The position numbers were made by a program, and so were the translations under genes. Positions 50,360 to 63,400 of a stretch of 64,000 nucleotides of DNA are shown here, piece by piece (position 1 is the first letter of the stretch; every line of letters starts with the position of its first letter). Source of the DNA: Takakia lepidozioides. Lineage: Eukaryota; Plantae; Bryophyta. The stretch covers positions 2,542,001 to 2,606,000 of the forward strand of contig CM060733.1 in NCBI GenBank assembly GCA_030704615.1, read 5' to 3'. The notes under the pieces are model-generated. The model was given only the letters and a program-made list of their open reading frames with translations, had not been told where the DNA came from and did not search any database.

Positions 50360-52384
50360 TGGCAATGGACATGACTGGAGGCAGCTAACAAGACATAGGA
50401 GACCAAGCTCATAGGAGTCAATACATGATATCCCAAGCTCAAGTTCACAGGTTGCAAGACGGCGACTAACGATGGGGCAACTCTTGCACCCGACCTCTTG
50501 ATCTATCGAGTTTGAGTGTAGTAGGGATAGTGGTGGAGAACTTAGTGAGGCTATGGTCACTATCACATCTTGTGGCTACCTGGACTTAGAGGGACCTAAG
50601 CACCAGCTAGGGGGGCGATTGTGTGGACTAGTGACTGCCATAGTGGGCAGCATAGTGGCAGCCTAGTTGTAGCCTAGTGGTTGGACTAGTGGCTGGACTA
50701 GTGGTATACTACTGTGTGGTGTGCACATGTGTTGTGTGGTTTTGGACAGGGATGTAGTTGTGTAGCGATATGTATGCGCACGACAGCTGTCAAGTTATTT
50801 TACCACTAATATGAAACTAGCTAGGAAATAGCTAGTTTTTACATATTGACATTTGGGATTGGCCCAAGTGTCAATCCAAGGGTCAAGACAGATTTAGGCC
50901 CTGGAGTGGTTATCTTCGCGGCAAGCGCGGGAGGCTCATCTTTCTCGAGTTGAGCCTCACCGCGCCTAGCTATGGCGCCGTAGTGTGGATTCCCCATGGC
51001 GTGGGGTGCACTTGGCTTGACTTGTATTTGAGTGATGAGGTTATATATGCATGAGTTTATGCTTCAGCTTTGTGAGCTCGCATGAGCTTGTGCTTGTATT
51101 CTTCTTCTTTATCATTGTGTGGACTAGTGACTGCCATAGTGGGTAGCATAGTGGCAGCCTAGTTGTAGCCTAGTGGTTGGACTAGTGGCTGGACTAGTGG
51201 TGGACTAGTGGTATACTAGTGTGTGGTGTGCATATGTGTTGTGTGGTTTTGGACAACGATGTAGTTGTGTAGCGATATGTATGCGCACGACAACCTAAAA
51301 GCAAATGATGGGGGAAGGGGTGAAGCTTGACCACATCATGTTTGTATGCGTTTGCAGTGTGTGTGCAAGCCTTGCAGCCCTAGAAAGCACATGCAAAGAG
51401 GTGCATGGTTGCATCACCAAAGCTGGAATTGTACTAGATGTGATTATGAACAATACCCTCGTGGGCATGAATAGCTGAAGGAGCAGGGATACAGTGTGGG
51501 TGCAGATTCATCCAAGATGGCCGGATTTCAAGCTCCAGATTACCTATGATTCCCTATGGAATGATAGCTACAAGAAACCTGCATGGGTAGATGGTCAACT
51601 GGTAGCCGCAGCAACAGCGGCACAATTGATAAAATCAGGCACCGCTAATGAAGGCACCTTTTTCAACACATGAGACCATTTTCCCCTCTTATCAGAATCG
51701 GCCCTAAATTTCCATGTTGCATTTTGCAAGTTAGCTGGTTGAGTGAAATCTAGTTGGAGTGACTTTGACATGATATTGCCAATGTGAGGAAAGTATCCAA
51801 AAACAGGTAACAGAGATGAGGAGAAGCTGTGGAATGAATGCTTTTCTGACCTTAGTCAATGGTCGGACAATCAAGGCAAACAGGTGTATGCGTGTCAATG
51901 ACCAAATGTCATTCTGAACACTGCCCTGGTGGACATGTATGCCAAATGTGGGTGTATCGAGGATGCAAAGGGAGTGTTCAACACTATGGCTGAATGAGAT
52001 GTGGTGTCGTGGAGTGTGATGCTTGCAGCCATCGCGCTACCTGTCAGCAAGACAACTCCCAAACCTCCAGTCCTTGATTGCCAGAATGGGGTAAGGGTTC
52101 CCTACCTGCAATTTTCCATTGCTTGAAACCTTGATCATGTATCTTCTGCCGTTTTCGGGCTGGATGGCAGTTGAAGGTGGGTGACCTAGTCCGGCCAAGC
52201 CAGTGTATGCATCTTCTGCAGTCTACTTAGACTTTGCAGCTTTGTGCATTTTTGTAGCAGCACCGGATTAGATTATGGAACGGATCTCTGAACATTAAGT
52301 CACGTTGTATTTGAATCGATGTTCCAATTTCAAATGTGCTTTCATGTTTCAATGGTGTTTTTGTGTTTCAATGCTATGGTCATG

Positions 52385-53038
52385 TACACGACTACCTCCC
52401 ATCCACAGAACCTCCGCCACGTGCCACTTTCACCCTCGTGTTCGCCCATACTCGTGCCACGTGCAGTATTTAGAGTGCGTCATGGAAGTCATATGTTCCA
52501 GTCATAACGACCACCCCACCTCCATCTTACATAATTTGACTCCACGTGTAGACCTAGGATTAACCGTCCGAAGTCATATATGTCAGTCACGAAAGACCCT
52601 TCTACTCCATATTGTCATGCCACATGTCATATCCAGTCTAATCCACGTATTGTCTTGGGGTGCATTTGCGGAAGTTACCCTGCCATGTGTCGTCCCCAAT
52701 ATTCTCCACGTGTTGTCCTGGGGTTGATCCACGGAAGTCGTATATGCCAGTCGAAGACCCTGTCGCCTTCCCTTTGACGTGACACGTGACATATCCCTTC
52801 CGTTTCACGTGAAGCTGACATGGATTCGCAGTCATTTACTACGGTCTTATCAATGACTACGATTAGGCGTCCCGTTGCCATGTCAACAGTGAGCTCCACG
52901 ACTGGCAGATACGACTCTATGGCGCTTATGACTCATTTGTCACAACTGACTGGGTTTATCTGACTGGGCAGTCATCAGTCATAAAAGGCTGATACGACTG
53001 AAAAATATTAGACATAAAAGCCGGGATCTGCTGTAGTG
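52385..53038 (-). mobile_element. CACTA-like non-autonomous remnant, one end visible
   Basis: Ends ...gccgggatctgctgtagtg (reverse complement cactacagcag). Interior is rich in cacgtg/gtca repeats; left boundary approximate. Confidence 0.5.
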
Positions 53039-53327
53039 AGAGGGTAGAGGAAAATAGCTCCATATGCAACGAATCTAGATAAAGTTAAAGATATTATAAG
53101 AGAGGCTTTTGTCTTGAAGTTGAAGCTAGTCCATTACGAGACTACTTAACATATATAGTAAAAATGTCTAAAAACAAGTTTTAGTGATTATTTTTAGCCT
53201 AGCTAGAACTATATAAGAAGCTCGTCGGTGAAGCCACAAATCAATTGTTCTTGTTGTGTGCTTTTATGGTTGGGTGAAGAGCTTCTATACAATCCTCTTT
53301 CATCTTTGTTGTTCTATCTCTGTTTTC

Positions 53328-54520
53328 TCAAGTTACAGTGCTGAAGAGTATAGAGATGTCATTTTAAGAAATCGAACGAGTTACAACAACGTGCACTCGT
53401 TATTGGTACAATGTTTGATTTTCTATATCTAGTACCATATGTTTAAGAAACTTGGGCTACCTTAGGCAACGGAGGTACACATCGTTTACACCGAAGTTGA
53501 GAATCGAAATAGAAAAGAACAAACCAATATACTGTCACGGACATAGCCTAGAGGAACTTACCAGGAGTAAATATCAAAAGTTACCAAGTTATCAAAAATT
53601 ACTGTGATATACCATGATCTACCATAAGTTATCATTAGTTACCAAATTACCGAGAGTAACTTGGGAAACTGCTCATGAAGCTTCCTTTGGAGGAAACTTC
53701 TCCATCAAGAAACCTCATCTGGGGAAGTCTCTTAGGGAACCTCCTAGTATCTAGTATATATAGGAGGCGAGACTGGACACTCTTCAGTCTCACCAACACA
53801 AGTTCAAGCTACTCTTGTTTCCAGTCCCAGTACTTTAGTCCAGCTTCCAGTACTCTAGTCCAGTTTCCAGTATCTGGTACCCCAGTCCAGTTTCCAGCAT
53901 TCCAGTATTCGAGTCGAGTTCCAGTATCTTGTATTCTTGTCCATTGTTATAAAGATCATCTTGATTCATGTTTACCCACCGTGCATTCGGCCACGCCGAC
54001 CTGGACTTCTTGTCTAGTCTTGTACCTCTAGTCTGATCTCTTGTTTGTGTTCAGTCATGTTCTCGTTCTTGACATATACTATATTGGTTACCCAACTCAA
54101 AGACAGAAGAAAGTTGGGAGTCAATTATATATATTTCGGAGATTCCAACAGTTGATAAATTGATTATGGCTTGTTACATCGATGTGAGATGTTATGAGGT
54201 GGTCTTGTTCTGTAACCTAAGCCACAATCGGTTTATCAAATGTTGAAATCTCCGAACTTCGTATAATTGATTCCCAACTTCATTCTGTCTTTGAGTTGGG
54301 TAACCAATATGGTATATTGGTTTATTCTTTTCTACTTCGGTGTAAACGATGTGTACCTCCAATGCCAAAGATAACCCAAGTTTCTTCAATATGGTACTGG
54401 ATGTAGAAGATGTGTTTGGAATCAACACTAGATCGCTAAGGAGTGCGCGTTGTTGTAATTTTGTAGCAGCGTTCGAGATCTTGAAATGATATCTCTATAC
54501 TCTTCGGCACATGTAACTGA
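53328..54520. repeat. Long (about 300 bp per arm) imperfect inverted repeat or foldback, left arm interrupted by a solo LTR
   Basis: 53328-53532 plus 54080-54178 is reverse-complementary to 54211-54520 (e.g. ggttacccaactcaaagacagaa / ttctgtctttgagttgggtaacc). Confidence 0.85.
53533..54074. mobile_element. Solo LTR (family X), 542 bp
   Basis: TGTCA...TGACA ends with 5-bp TSD tatac. Confidence 0.9.
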
Positions 54521-54807
54521 CAAAATAGTTGTCAAAACAAATTACACATTGACGCAATAATTTTGTTATGTTTTGTAAATGTTTCTGTATTTGTCGTAAA
54601 CAAACATAAGCATCGCTTCATTCACTCTTTATATTAAGTGCCAAAGGTAGTTGGCGGTGGTCGACAATTCAATATAATACTAGTTTGCCAGTGTGCACAC
54701 CAACGACCTCGTCAAGCCAATGGTGCTAATCCTCTCGAGTTTGGGTCCATGGATTTGTATACTGCTGATCCTTCAAGGTTGCGTCGAGAGGGTTGCAGGG
54801 CAGGTTG

Positions 54808-57800
54808 TGTGAAGTTATTCTAGAAAGAAGACAAGACAAGAAAACTAAGAAGAATTCATATTAAGCTTGTTTTATAATGAGAAACATGTCTCTATTTATA
54901 CATAAAGTCAACAACTATAATTATCTGGGTATGAATAATCACACCTTTTATAATCTAGCTAATATGGGTTTCGTGTTCAATTCTCATCACTCCCCCTGAA
55001 ACTATATTAGCGTGCTTCATGCTAAATAAAAGTTTAACTCGACTTACACTTTTAGTAAGGAAATCAGCTACCATTAGTTCAGTAGTACAATAGGCTAATT
55101 TAAGTTCCCCACTAGTTGTCTTTTCTCTTATGTAGTGAAATTGAATTTCTCTGTGTTTAGATCTAGTATGGAACTTTGGATTTTCCGTTAGTGCTATTGC
55201 ACTTTGATTATCGCAAGCAATAATAGTAGGATTAGATTGTTCATGTTTTAAATCTGTCATTAATCTCCGTAACCACACCGCTTCCTTGGCAGCAAGAGTC
55301 GCAGCAATGTACTGTAAACACCATGAAGGTTTTCTTATTCTAGTAGATCGACGTGGACTACTAGGTTGACTTGAGGGTTCAGGGAGATCAAAATCATCAT
55401 CTGAATGGTCATTAAAAGTAGGAGAAATAACTGGTGGAGTGGAGTTTACAGGTTGGTTAGTAGGAGGTATTAAATTTTGAGGAGGAATAAGAACATTAGA
55501 TGGAGTAATTGAAGGAAGACGGTCAGCATTTGGTGGAGAGAGGGCATAAAAAATGGATCGAGGGACTGAAACAGAATGGGAATCAGGATCAGGATCAGGA
55601 TCTGGAGGGCTTCATTAAAGGAAACATCCCTACTAATATGAATGGTTTTATTTGGTTCATAATAAAGACGAAATGCTTTTGATGTTTCATCATAGCCAAG
55701 CAAACGACATAGAAGGCTTTTAAAATCTAATTTCTTTCTGAGTTCATCAGGAATGTGCATGTAAGCCTTACATCCAAAAATACGGATATGTGATAGAGTA
55801 GGCTTACGGCCAGTCCATTTCTCATGAGGGGTCATATCAATTACGACATTTGTAGGTAAGCGATTTTGTAAATAAGCTGTTGTTGAAACAGCTTTTGCCC
55901 AAAAGATTTGGGTAGTTTAGAATAGTCAAGCATACAACGAGCGCTCTCCATGAGTGTGCGGTCCTTCCGCTCTGTGCGACGCCGTTCTGTTGAGGTGTGT
56001 AGGAAGTAGTCATTTGTCTTGAAATGCCATGTGTAGTACAAAAATCCTTAAATGCATTAGATTTATATTCACCCCCTCCATCTGAACGTCTTTAGGCGCT
56101 TGCCAATAAAAGTTTCAGCATGAGATTTAAATGCTTGAAAATGAGTAAATGTTTCACTTTTGTTTTTTAGAAAGTAGAGTTTAGTCCAACGGAAGGAGTC
56201 ATCTATAAAAGTTAAGAAAATATATAAAACCCGTAAAAAAGGGGACCGAAAGTGGACCACAAATGTCAGTGTGGATCAAATCTAGAATGTTTTCACTTCT
56301 ATATTCACTTGTGCGAGGAAACTTAGTGCGGGCATGTTTTCCCATAACACAACTAGGACAAAAATTAAGGTGGGGAAATCGTTTTAATTTTACGCCATAG
56401 ACATAAGGAAGAGTATAAAGTTGTTGTAACTTTTTAATTCCTATGTGTCCTAATCTTAAATGCCACAGTTCAGATTCATTTATTTCTTGATTGGTAATAT
56501 TAATAAGTGGAGAAGAGATTGATGGACAATCAGCAAGTGCTTTAGGATATTTAGATTGACCCAATTTATATAACTGACCCTCTGGTGTAAATGTAGTAAT
56601 TATATTAAAGTAAGGGGCTTTATTTTTAAGAACACATTGTGCAGGTGAAAAAATAAAGGTATAGCCAACATTAACTCCTTGACTGACTGAAATTAAAATT
56701 TTCTTAATACCAGGGACATATAAGACATTTGATATAAACTTTAAATCTCCTGAAGTTAGCTCAATTTGAATTGTGCCATGGCCTTTAATAGGATAAGATG
56801 AGTTATCTCCAGTGTTGTGCGGGTCCGGGTTTTGAAGGCGGGTACCCGTACCCGGCGGGTTAGGATCTGGGTTACCGGGACCGTGCTATCACAAAAAACC
56901 CGGACCCTGACCCAGGACCCGCCTGCTGGGTCCAGAACCCCTTAAAACCGCGGGCCAATGTTGCGGGTCAGGGTCCGGGTCTTAAATTTAGATGGGGCAT
57001 GCGGGGTCCACCTTAGCTCTGGTAGGTTTTGTCACATGTGTGGAGGGGACGAGCAGCAATAGGCCACTGCAGCAGCCAACCACCTCAAAAGCGGTTGTGG
57101 GTTCAATCCACGGAGTGGTGTCACAAAGTTGTGCCCTATGGGACCATAATTTACACCTCCCAAAGGAGGCGTCATATATTATTATTAGGCCAGATCCCAC
57201 ACATCCATGCTATAGTGATCTACCCTTGAGGCATATTACTATTCTTAACATGTTTAAAGAATTGATATTGAAAAATAGAAAATGGAACTCAAACTTCTAT
57301 TTTAATTCTTATTCATGGTATACATATTCATATTCATGGTATATTTTGAAGGAATGTCTCTTAAATTAAAATTCATTATTAGGATTTAATTTTTTTTCCT
57401 GCCAAAAATAATTTTATCCCTTATTTTTCTAATTTATTTAATCAATAAATTAGGACCCGGATCCGAACCCGTGAACCCGCTATCTTCCAACAACTACCCG
57501 GACCCTAACCCGAGTCCGTGTTTACAAACCCGGACCCGAACCCGGACCCGGATTTTCCAAATTTCAAAAACCCGGATCCGGACCCGGACTTGGCTCCGAG
57601 AAAAAACCCGCACCCGGACCCCGGCGGGTTCCTTAAAAAGGCAGAACCCGCACAACACTGGTTATCTCCCAAATAGACATTTTGGGAGGTTGTTGTTAGT
57701 ATGGTGTTGAAAAACAATCTTCGTTAGATGTCATATGTTGTGAAGCACCAGAATCAACAAACCATATATTGTTATTAATTTCAGCTGAGATAGATGTTAC

Positions 57801-58884
57801 AAACAATTGAGTGTTTTGAGATGCTGAACTATTTGTATGACCAGAACGACACTCTTGAGCTATCCTGATTCGACAATATTTTATATGATGGCTTAACATG
57901 TTACAATGAAAACACCTTATTACAGGTATTCTGTTAGGAAATTTGTTAAATGGAGTTCAAATAGAAGAACGTGGTCGTGGTGTAAAACTTGAACCACTAG
58001 GTTTTGGACGAGATCTATAACCAAAACTTGATCTTGGTCTTAATTTTTGATTTTTTTAAAAATATTAAATAATGCAGTATTGGAGACAGGCTCAGGTTCT
58101 TCACCTTGTCGTCTCAATTGTTCTTCTAATAATAATTTAATAATATCTGTTAGTGTGCCAATTTTACCCGTTTGGGCCATGACAAGACCAGAATAGGACT
58201 TAGGCATAGAACCTAAGAGGTTTGCTGCTGCATCGTTATCTAGTGGCCGTTCATCCATCAAATTACTAAATTTATTAATGTGCGCTTGCACACTATCATT
58301 TTCCATCATTTTTAAAGTAAAGAATTTCCTCGTTAGAAGATTTTTACTGATTAAATTACTCTCTTCATATAAAATATGTAAGTGGTCCCAGACCTCGTTG
58401 GAAGTCTTTAGGTGTTTTACGTGTACTAACAGATTATCTTTCATACATAAAATTATATCTCCTTTGGCTTTATTATTTTTCTTATCCCAAGCTCCTTGAT
58501 TGGTTGGTGTGCCTCAGAACCATCTACTACGTGCCATACATCTTCTCTTAATAATACATTTCCATTCGTGTTTTCCATATGCTATAGTTAGTGCCGTCAA
58601 GACGGTCAACTAAATTATTAGATGGACTCATGATGGACATGATTTCAAAAGTGTTAGAATTCTCTATTGACTCTAAATTCTAGTTTGCAAAGTATTTCAT
58701 TTCTCATTATTAACTCAAGCTCTGATACCGACAAGAAAACTTAAAAGAATTCATAATAAGCTTGTTTTATAATAAGAAACATGTCTCTATTTATACATAA
58801 AGTCAACAACTATAATTATCTGGGTATGAATAATCACACCTTTTATAATCTAGCTAATATCGGTTTCGTGTTCAATTCTCAACA
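54808..58884 (-). mobile_element. Ty1/copia element with short LTRs; RT deleted, degenerate
   Basis: LTRs 54808-54989 and 58730-58884 (the latter lacks about 27 bp at its inner end), TSD ggttg, iMet PBS at 58719-58729 and PPT agggggag. Gag, WFVDSGASQHM, WHLRLGH..CPSC, IHTDICGP, and RNase H CDNQSAIAL..HTRSKH. Confidence 0.92.
56810..57660. mobile_element. Non-autonomous hAT element (MITE) inside the copia
   Basis: 15-bp TIR cagtgttgtgcgggt, perfect 8-bp TSD gttatctc, subterminal acccg/cgggt repeats. Confidence 0.93.
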
Positions 58885-60448
58885 GGTTGACGGACTGAAG
58901 CTGGGCTACTATGATACAACGAGCTGTCTAATGTCGAGTCCGCGGTAGAAGCCAATAAATTGGCACAGCCTTGTTGAATCCCAGTTTGACCAATGCTTGT
59001 CTTTCACGATTATTATCATGTCCACGTAGCCTAGGGATATACATTCACTTTGAGTTTATTGTCCAGAAACGTCCGTTTGTAAGGAATTGCAAGCATGGTA
59101 TGTATAGTGACGTAAAATGTTAACTCAGATCGATATATTCCTGAGCGTGCTCTCACGCTACCTGAATGGGAGTCCTTTGCCTGAGGCTGATGACCAGGAG
59201 GTGAATTGGCCATTTTGTCGGTTTCCCACGAGCCAGAGCTCGACGTCTGGTGCTTTCAACTTGGATCAAAGGTTGGGACTGGATTCTTCAGAGGTACACT
59301 GTCCAGAGGACTCATTGCCACTAAAATCTGTGTTGTTAAATGTGTTATACTGAAATTCAGTTATAGAAGTGTGCCCTCTCATCCAGTAATTGGTCAGAGC
59401 ATTACCCTCTGGCAGATCCTATTGAACAGACATTGCGGATCATAAATAGTCTCCCGTGCCCAGCATTTTACCGGTCGATTCTGGACAACGGAAGTGATCC
59501 CACTCTCCGCCTGAACAAGAGAGATTTTGCTTGCTGGATGCCATCGGTCTGTCTTCCATGTTAGGGATCGTGCAAATTGTGCATGTGCAGGATGGGAGGG
59601 CCTTTTTAATGTGGATGCAGAACTGGCAATCGATTCCCGGGTTTGCAAATCTGAGGCAGGATTCTTTTTTTTGTATCCAGCAGAGCCGTTATAAAATTAA
59701 GTGAACCAATGTGCTGACAGGCAGGAACGGAGAGGTTCGATCCAAGTGCCGCGATGTCAACAAAAACTCCATGACGCTTACATCTCTTCAGGCCACTGGA
59801 GAGAAATCGAACTATGATATTCTTGCTGGGCCGAATTGCTACCTCTGGCATTCTGATTGGGTTGTTCTCTGCCACGAAATTCGAACAGGATCTTCAATCG
59901 AGGGATCGAGAACAAAGAAACCCACAAAAGAGCGAAGTGTCTTCCTAATTTTTCTGTGTGAGATGGCAGGGTCTCTCAAACTATGGGCCCTCCAAAACCT
60001 AGATCGGAGCATCTCCCTTCTCTTCTTGTTACATGTCTTCTTCACATCTTTGAAGTCGGCAGGTTGAGAGAGACGATTTCAAGGTTTGCAAGATTGCATG
60101 ACATTGGTAGGCAGAAGTAGTTGCCTGTTGTCTATTTGCCTTGTAAAACCTGTCAAAGTTTTGGATTGTGCCTTACATAGACTAGAACTACACTGCCATG
60201 GGAGACCATATGAGTGTAGCTGCAGGGCATCAGAAGACTCCACAGAAGTCCCGAGCTGCTGCGGGACCAGTTTTTCTATCAGCTACAGTGGCCCTGCCCG
60301 TAACTGTTGTGTCCTTTTGCAAGTTATGGAGTGCATGTTGTTGTTGCTTCCATTTTTAGGTACAGAATAATGCTCTAAAAAAGTGCCATGGACACAGATC
60401 ACATCTTCAAGGCTTGTAAACTTGATCTGAGCAGTGCCTTTCTCCAAA

Positions 60449-63400
60449 CTAGCCCTGGACAGTCGGCCATGCTGGAGAATAGAAGTCTTTGCGTTTCTCC
60501 TCTACAGATTCTTCTACATCATTAGAAGGGTAATCGTCGTTTCCTTGGAATTGCTTCGAATGACTGGTAAGCATGGTATGCACTCTCTGCACTAGCTGCA
60601 CACAGAACCCACCACAGATTACTGGTCAGCAGATCCCAAGACCCAAGGCAGTGAAGCCCAGAGGAGAGCACATTACACCATGATATATTCAGACTATCTG
60701 TGGGAAAATTTGAACAATGGGACTTTCAGAGATACACGTTACAGCCCAGATTCTCTGCCTCAACATGGCAGGGATAACAGTTGTACCTGCTCCACCCCAT
60801 GCTGCGTTTGCACTGAAACGCGAAGTGCCCCACCTGGGCCTAATGACTTATAAAGGATTGGCTCGTCGGTGGAAAGTTCTGAGGGAGCAGGAGGGGGTGG
60901 CAGGAGGTCTGATTTGGAGACCACATCCAGCCAAGGGCGATCCGCAAACCTTTGCTTTATTTCCTTGTAAATGAAGTACTGCAATTTACAGAAAAATGTG
61001 CCCATGAGGCAAACCCAAAGGGTTAGCATGATTAATCAAAGATTGACTTGACAAGTCCGACGAAATGGTCATTTGATTCACCACCCCCAAACGCATCCTC
61101 CTTACCATTCTATCTCTGGCATTCTAGTGGGCAGTCCCGGATCCAGCAAACCTCAGCAGTGCCAAAGAAGTGAAAAGAAGAATTCACTGATCTCAGGCAT
61201 GTATGCACCTGGTCAAGAAGTGAGGTCCCACAATCACCAGTCAAGTCGTGCACGTATAGAACAGCTGTAGGCAGATGAGAGAGAGCTGCAAGAGTCAATT
61301 TCTCCATGCTATTTCTCTCCTCTGCACAGGTCAAAAAACTGTGTGAAACCTAGCAAATGTCGCAGTTTATGCATCTAAAGCATCTAAATAGGGGTCAGTG
61401 GTCTCACACATTTGTATCAACATTTAAACTTTGTCAGTACAAAAGGGATTTTTGGGATTACATTTACCCTAACCAAGATTAAGTGTCAACATGAAACCTT
61501 CAAGATGGCTAGTGGGTACAAAAGAAAAAACAATTACCATCTGGACGTTTCAGTAGACCAGGAGTGTCAGTCACCTGCAACTCGACCCCAAACCAAAATA
61601 AATTAGGCACATCCAGGAACAACACTTGATACCCAAACAACTGTCCCAAGGTCAAAGGAAAAAAAAGTTAGAGAAACCAAACAAGACCTTTGACATCCAC
61701 ATTCTCTTTTACTTCCCTTCAGAAGTCCGATTACAAAGTTTATATATACACAAAAATCTTAGTAAGCTTTCACTGAAGAAACATAACCCACTGCCCTCGG
61801 TAACAGATTCACGCACCTGAAATCGCTGAGTATCCACGAAGAAATGGCCCATCGAGATGCCCCTAGTTGTGAATGGATAATTACACACCTGCAATAGGAT
61901 GTGATTAGGTACTGCCTTGTTTATTACTGCTCTCCCATTCAGTGGAGATATATCAAAACTGTCTCCATGTCTAAGATGCAAGACATGTGTTGTATGTCCT
62001 TGTAGTATAAGGGAACCACTTGCGAGTGTGTGAGGGTGGGCGTCTATTGTTGAGCTCTTGAGCTTCCTGTGGACATGATAGAGTTCCTCATTTTTCCTTT
62101 TTCTACTATCACATCTGTCAGGCCAGCCCAAAGCTAGGCTAAAAGAGGAGCTGTGAGATTGCGCTACACAAAGCATGGTCCAAAGAGTAAGAGAAGGATG
62201 TGTTTCTTCCAGAACCTACCTCTGGTTTACCTGAAGACAGAATGCGCACTAGCGATGACTTGCCCACATTGGGGGCACCCACAAGGCAAAGGGTCGGTGT
62301 CCGAGGATGCACCACCGGCATTGCTCTCAATATCTGAAACAAAAATTGCTGATGCATTAGACAAAGCTTGAGAGGGGAGGAAGAAATGAAATAAAATAAA
62401 ATGATACTGACAAGAGGGAACAGATGGAACTCACTCCAGTAGTGGGACTTGCCTTGGTATAAATAATCGATACAGGCTTTCCACATTTCATTTAGAACGC
62501 CCTTCACACAAGCATCAATATGCTGTGTGTGAGCTGTCCAGCAATTAGACCCTGGGCTGTAGGCTCAGCCTCGAGATTTTGGAAGGTAGTGGACAGAGGT
62601 GCAGGGACTATGTTCTGGATGGTCCTGAAGAGGGTCACTCTCTGATGAGAATACCCCAGACATTGTATAAGAAAATGGATATTGTCTTCAGGCCGCCCGT
62701 ACATCATGCATTGACAATCTCCCTTCATTTATTATTCAAAGATGTCCCCCGAGTTTAAATTTCAGTTCAGGGACAAGGGTATGTTCCAGACAGAGACAGA
62801 CAGACAGAAAGAAAGACATCTGGAGGATGCCAAGAGACAGAAGTAGAACAATACCATTGAAACACAAAGAAGAGAGAGACTGAAAAATAAACAAAGAAAG
62901 ACGCTTTGCAAAAATCCACGGGGGGCCCAAGAAAGGAAAAAAAAATTCTGAGTCCAGAAGGCAGTGGGAGGGAGAGGCAGACATGACATGAGTCTATCCA
63001 GTGCATGGTCATCGATAAAAGGCAGACAAACTTCTGACCCTTCTACCACTAATTACCAGATAGAGCTTTTTGAATATGACGTTTAGGTAAGAAACCATCT
63101 CAAGACCGACCTTTGCAATCTCTTTCAAGTCATCAACAGCTTTGCCGTGTCGCTTGAACAGCTCCTCCAGCCTAGCAAACCCCTGCAATACAGATTCATT
63201 GTTGAAGATAAGGAAATGAATCCTTTGGGATTCCCTTCATGGTCCAGGCCAATAATGAAATGTAGAGAAACACACCAATGCAGAGGTGTGTACCTCATCC
63301 AGGCGCTCCCCAGCCTCACGCTTGGTGGTTGACTGTATCATCCAACTCCAGAGCTTAAGTCACTGACCACATTCCTACTTGTAACTGTAAGAAACTCCAA

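Larger units (their letters stand above)
44039..51292 (+). mobile_element. Ty3/gypsy-type retrotransposon with split direct repeats (A1-internal-B1-A2-B2), carrying protease, DNMT and integrase-PHD; degenerate, with RT/RNase H largely deleted
   Basis: TGTC...GACA termini and TSD ACCT (44035-44038, 51293-51296). A1 44039-44365, B1 50620-50785, A2 50788-51114, B2 51116-51292. Purine tract agggggg before B1. Confidence 0.92.
43370..51475 (+). pseudogene. PLS-class PPR pseudogene split by the DNMT retrotransposon; partly duplicated fragments at about 42500-42970 and 51470-52027
   Basis: VHTHIIQSG..NTLVNMYVKCGSIMDAHQVF..TWNIMLAG, NHITFVCVCNACARLGALGKGKEVH, ALVDMYAK.GCIEDA; the frame resumes after 51296 (KQMMGEGVKLDHIMFVCVCSVCASLAALE). 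Confidence 0.85.

Noticed and set aside
44039-51292. DIRS-order (tyrosine recombinase) element, suggested by the split repeats plus a methyltransferase
   Set aside because: It has an aspartic protease, an HHCC/DDE integrase, TG..CA ends and a TSD; no tyrosine recombinase motifs are seen, and the MTase is C5-type rather than the adenine-MTase-like domain of DIRS.
28457-57668. Both hAT-type insertions land in retrotransposon protease regions
   Set aside because: Only two events with different TSD sequences; coincidence is sufficient.
57471-57717. RT/GS-repeat ORFs
   Set aside because: Translations of the hAT MITE subterminal repeats.
58950-60400. Several 60-120 aa ORFs downstream of the GTPase gene
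   Set aside because: No domain signal or splice-consistent model could be built.
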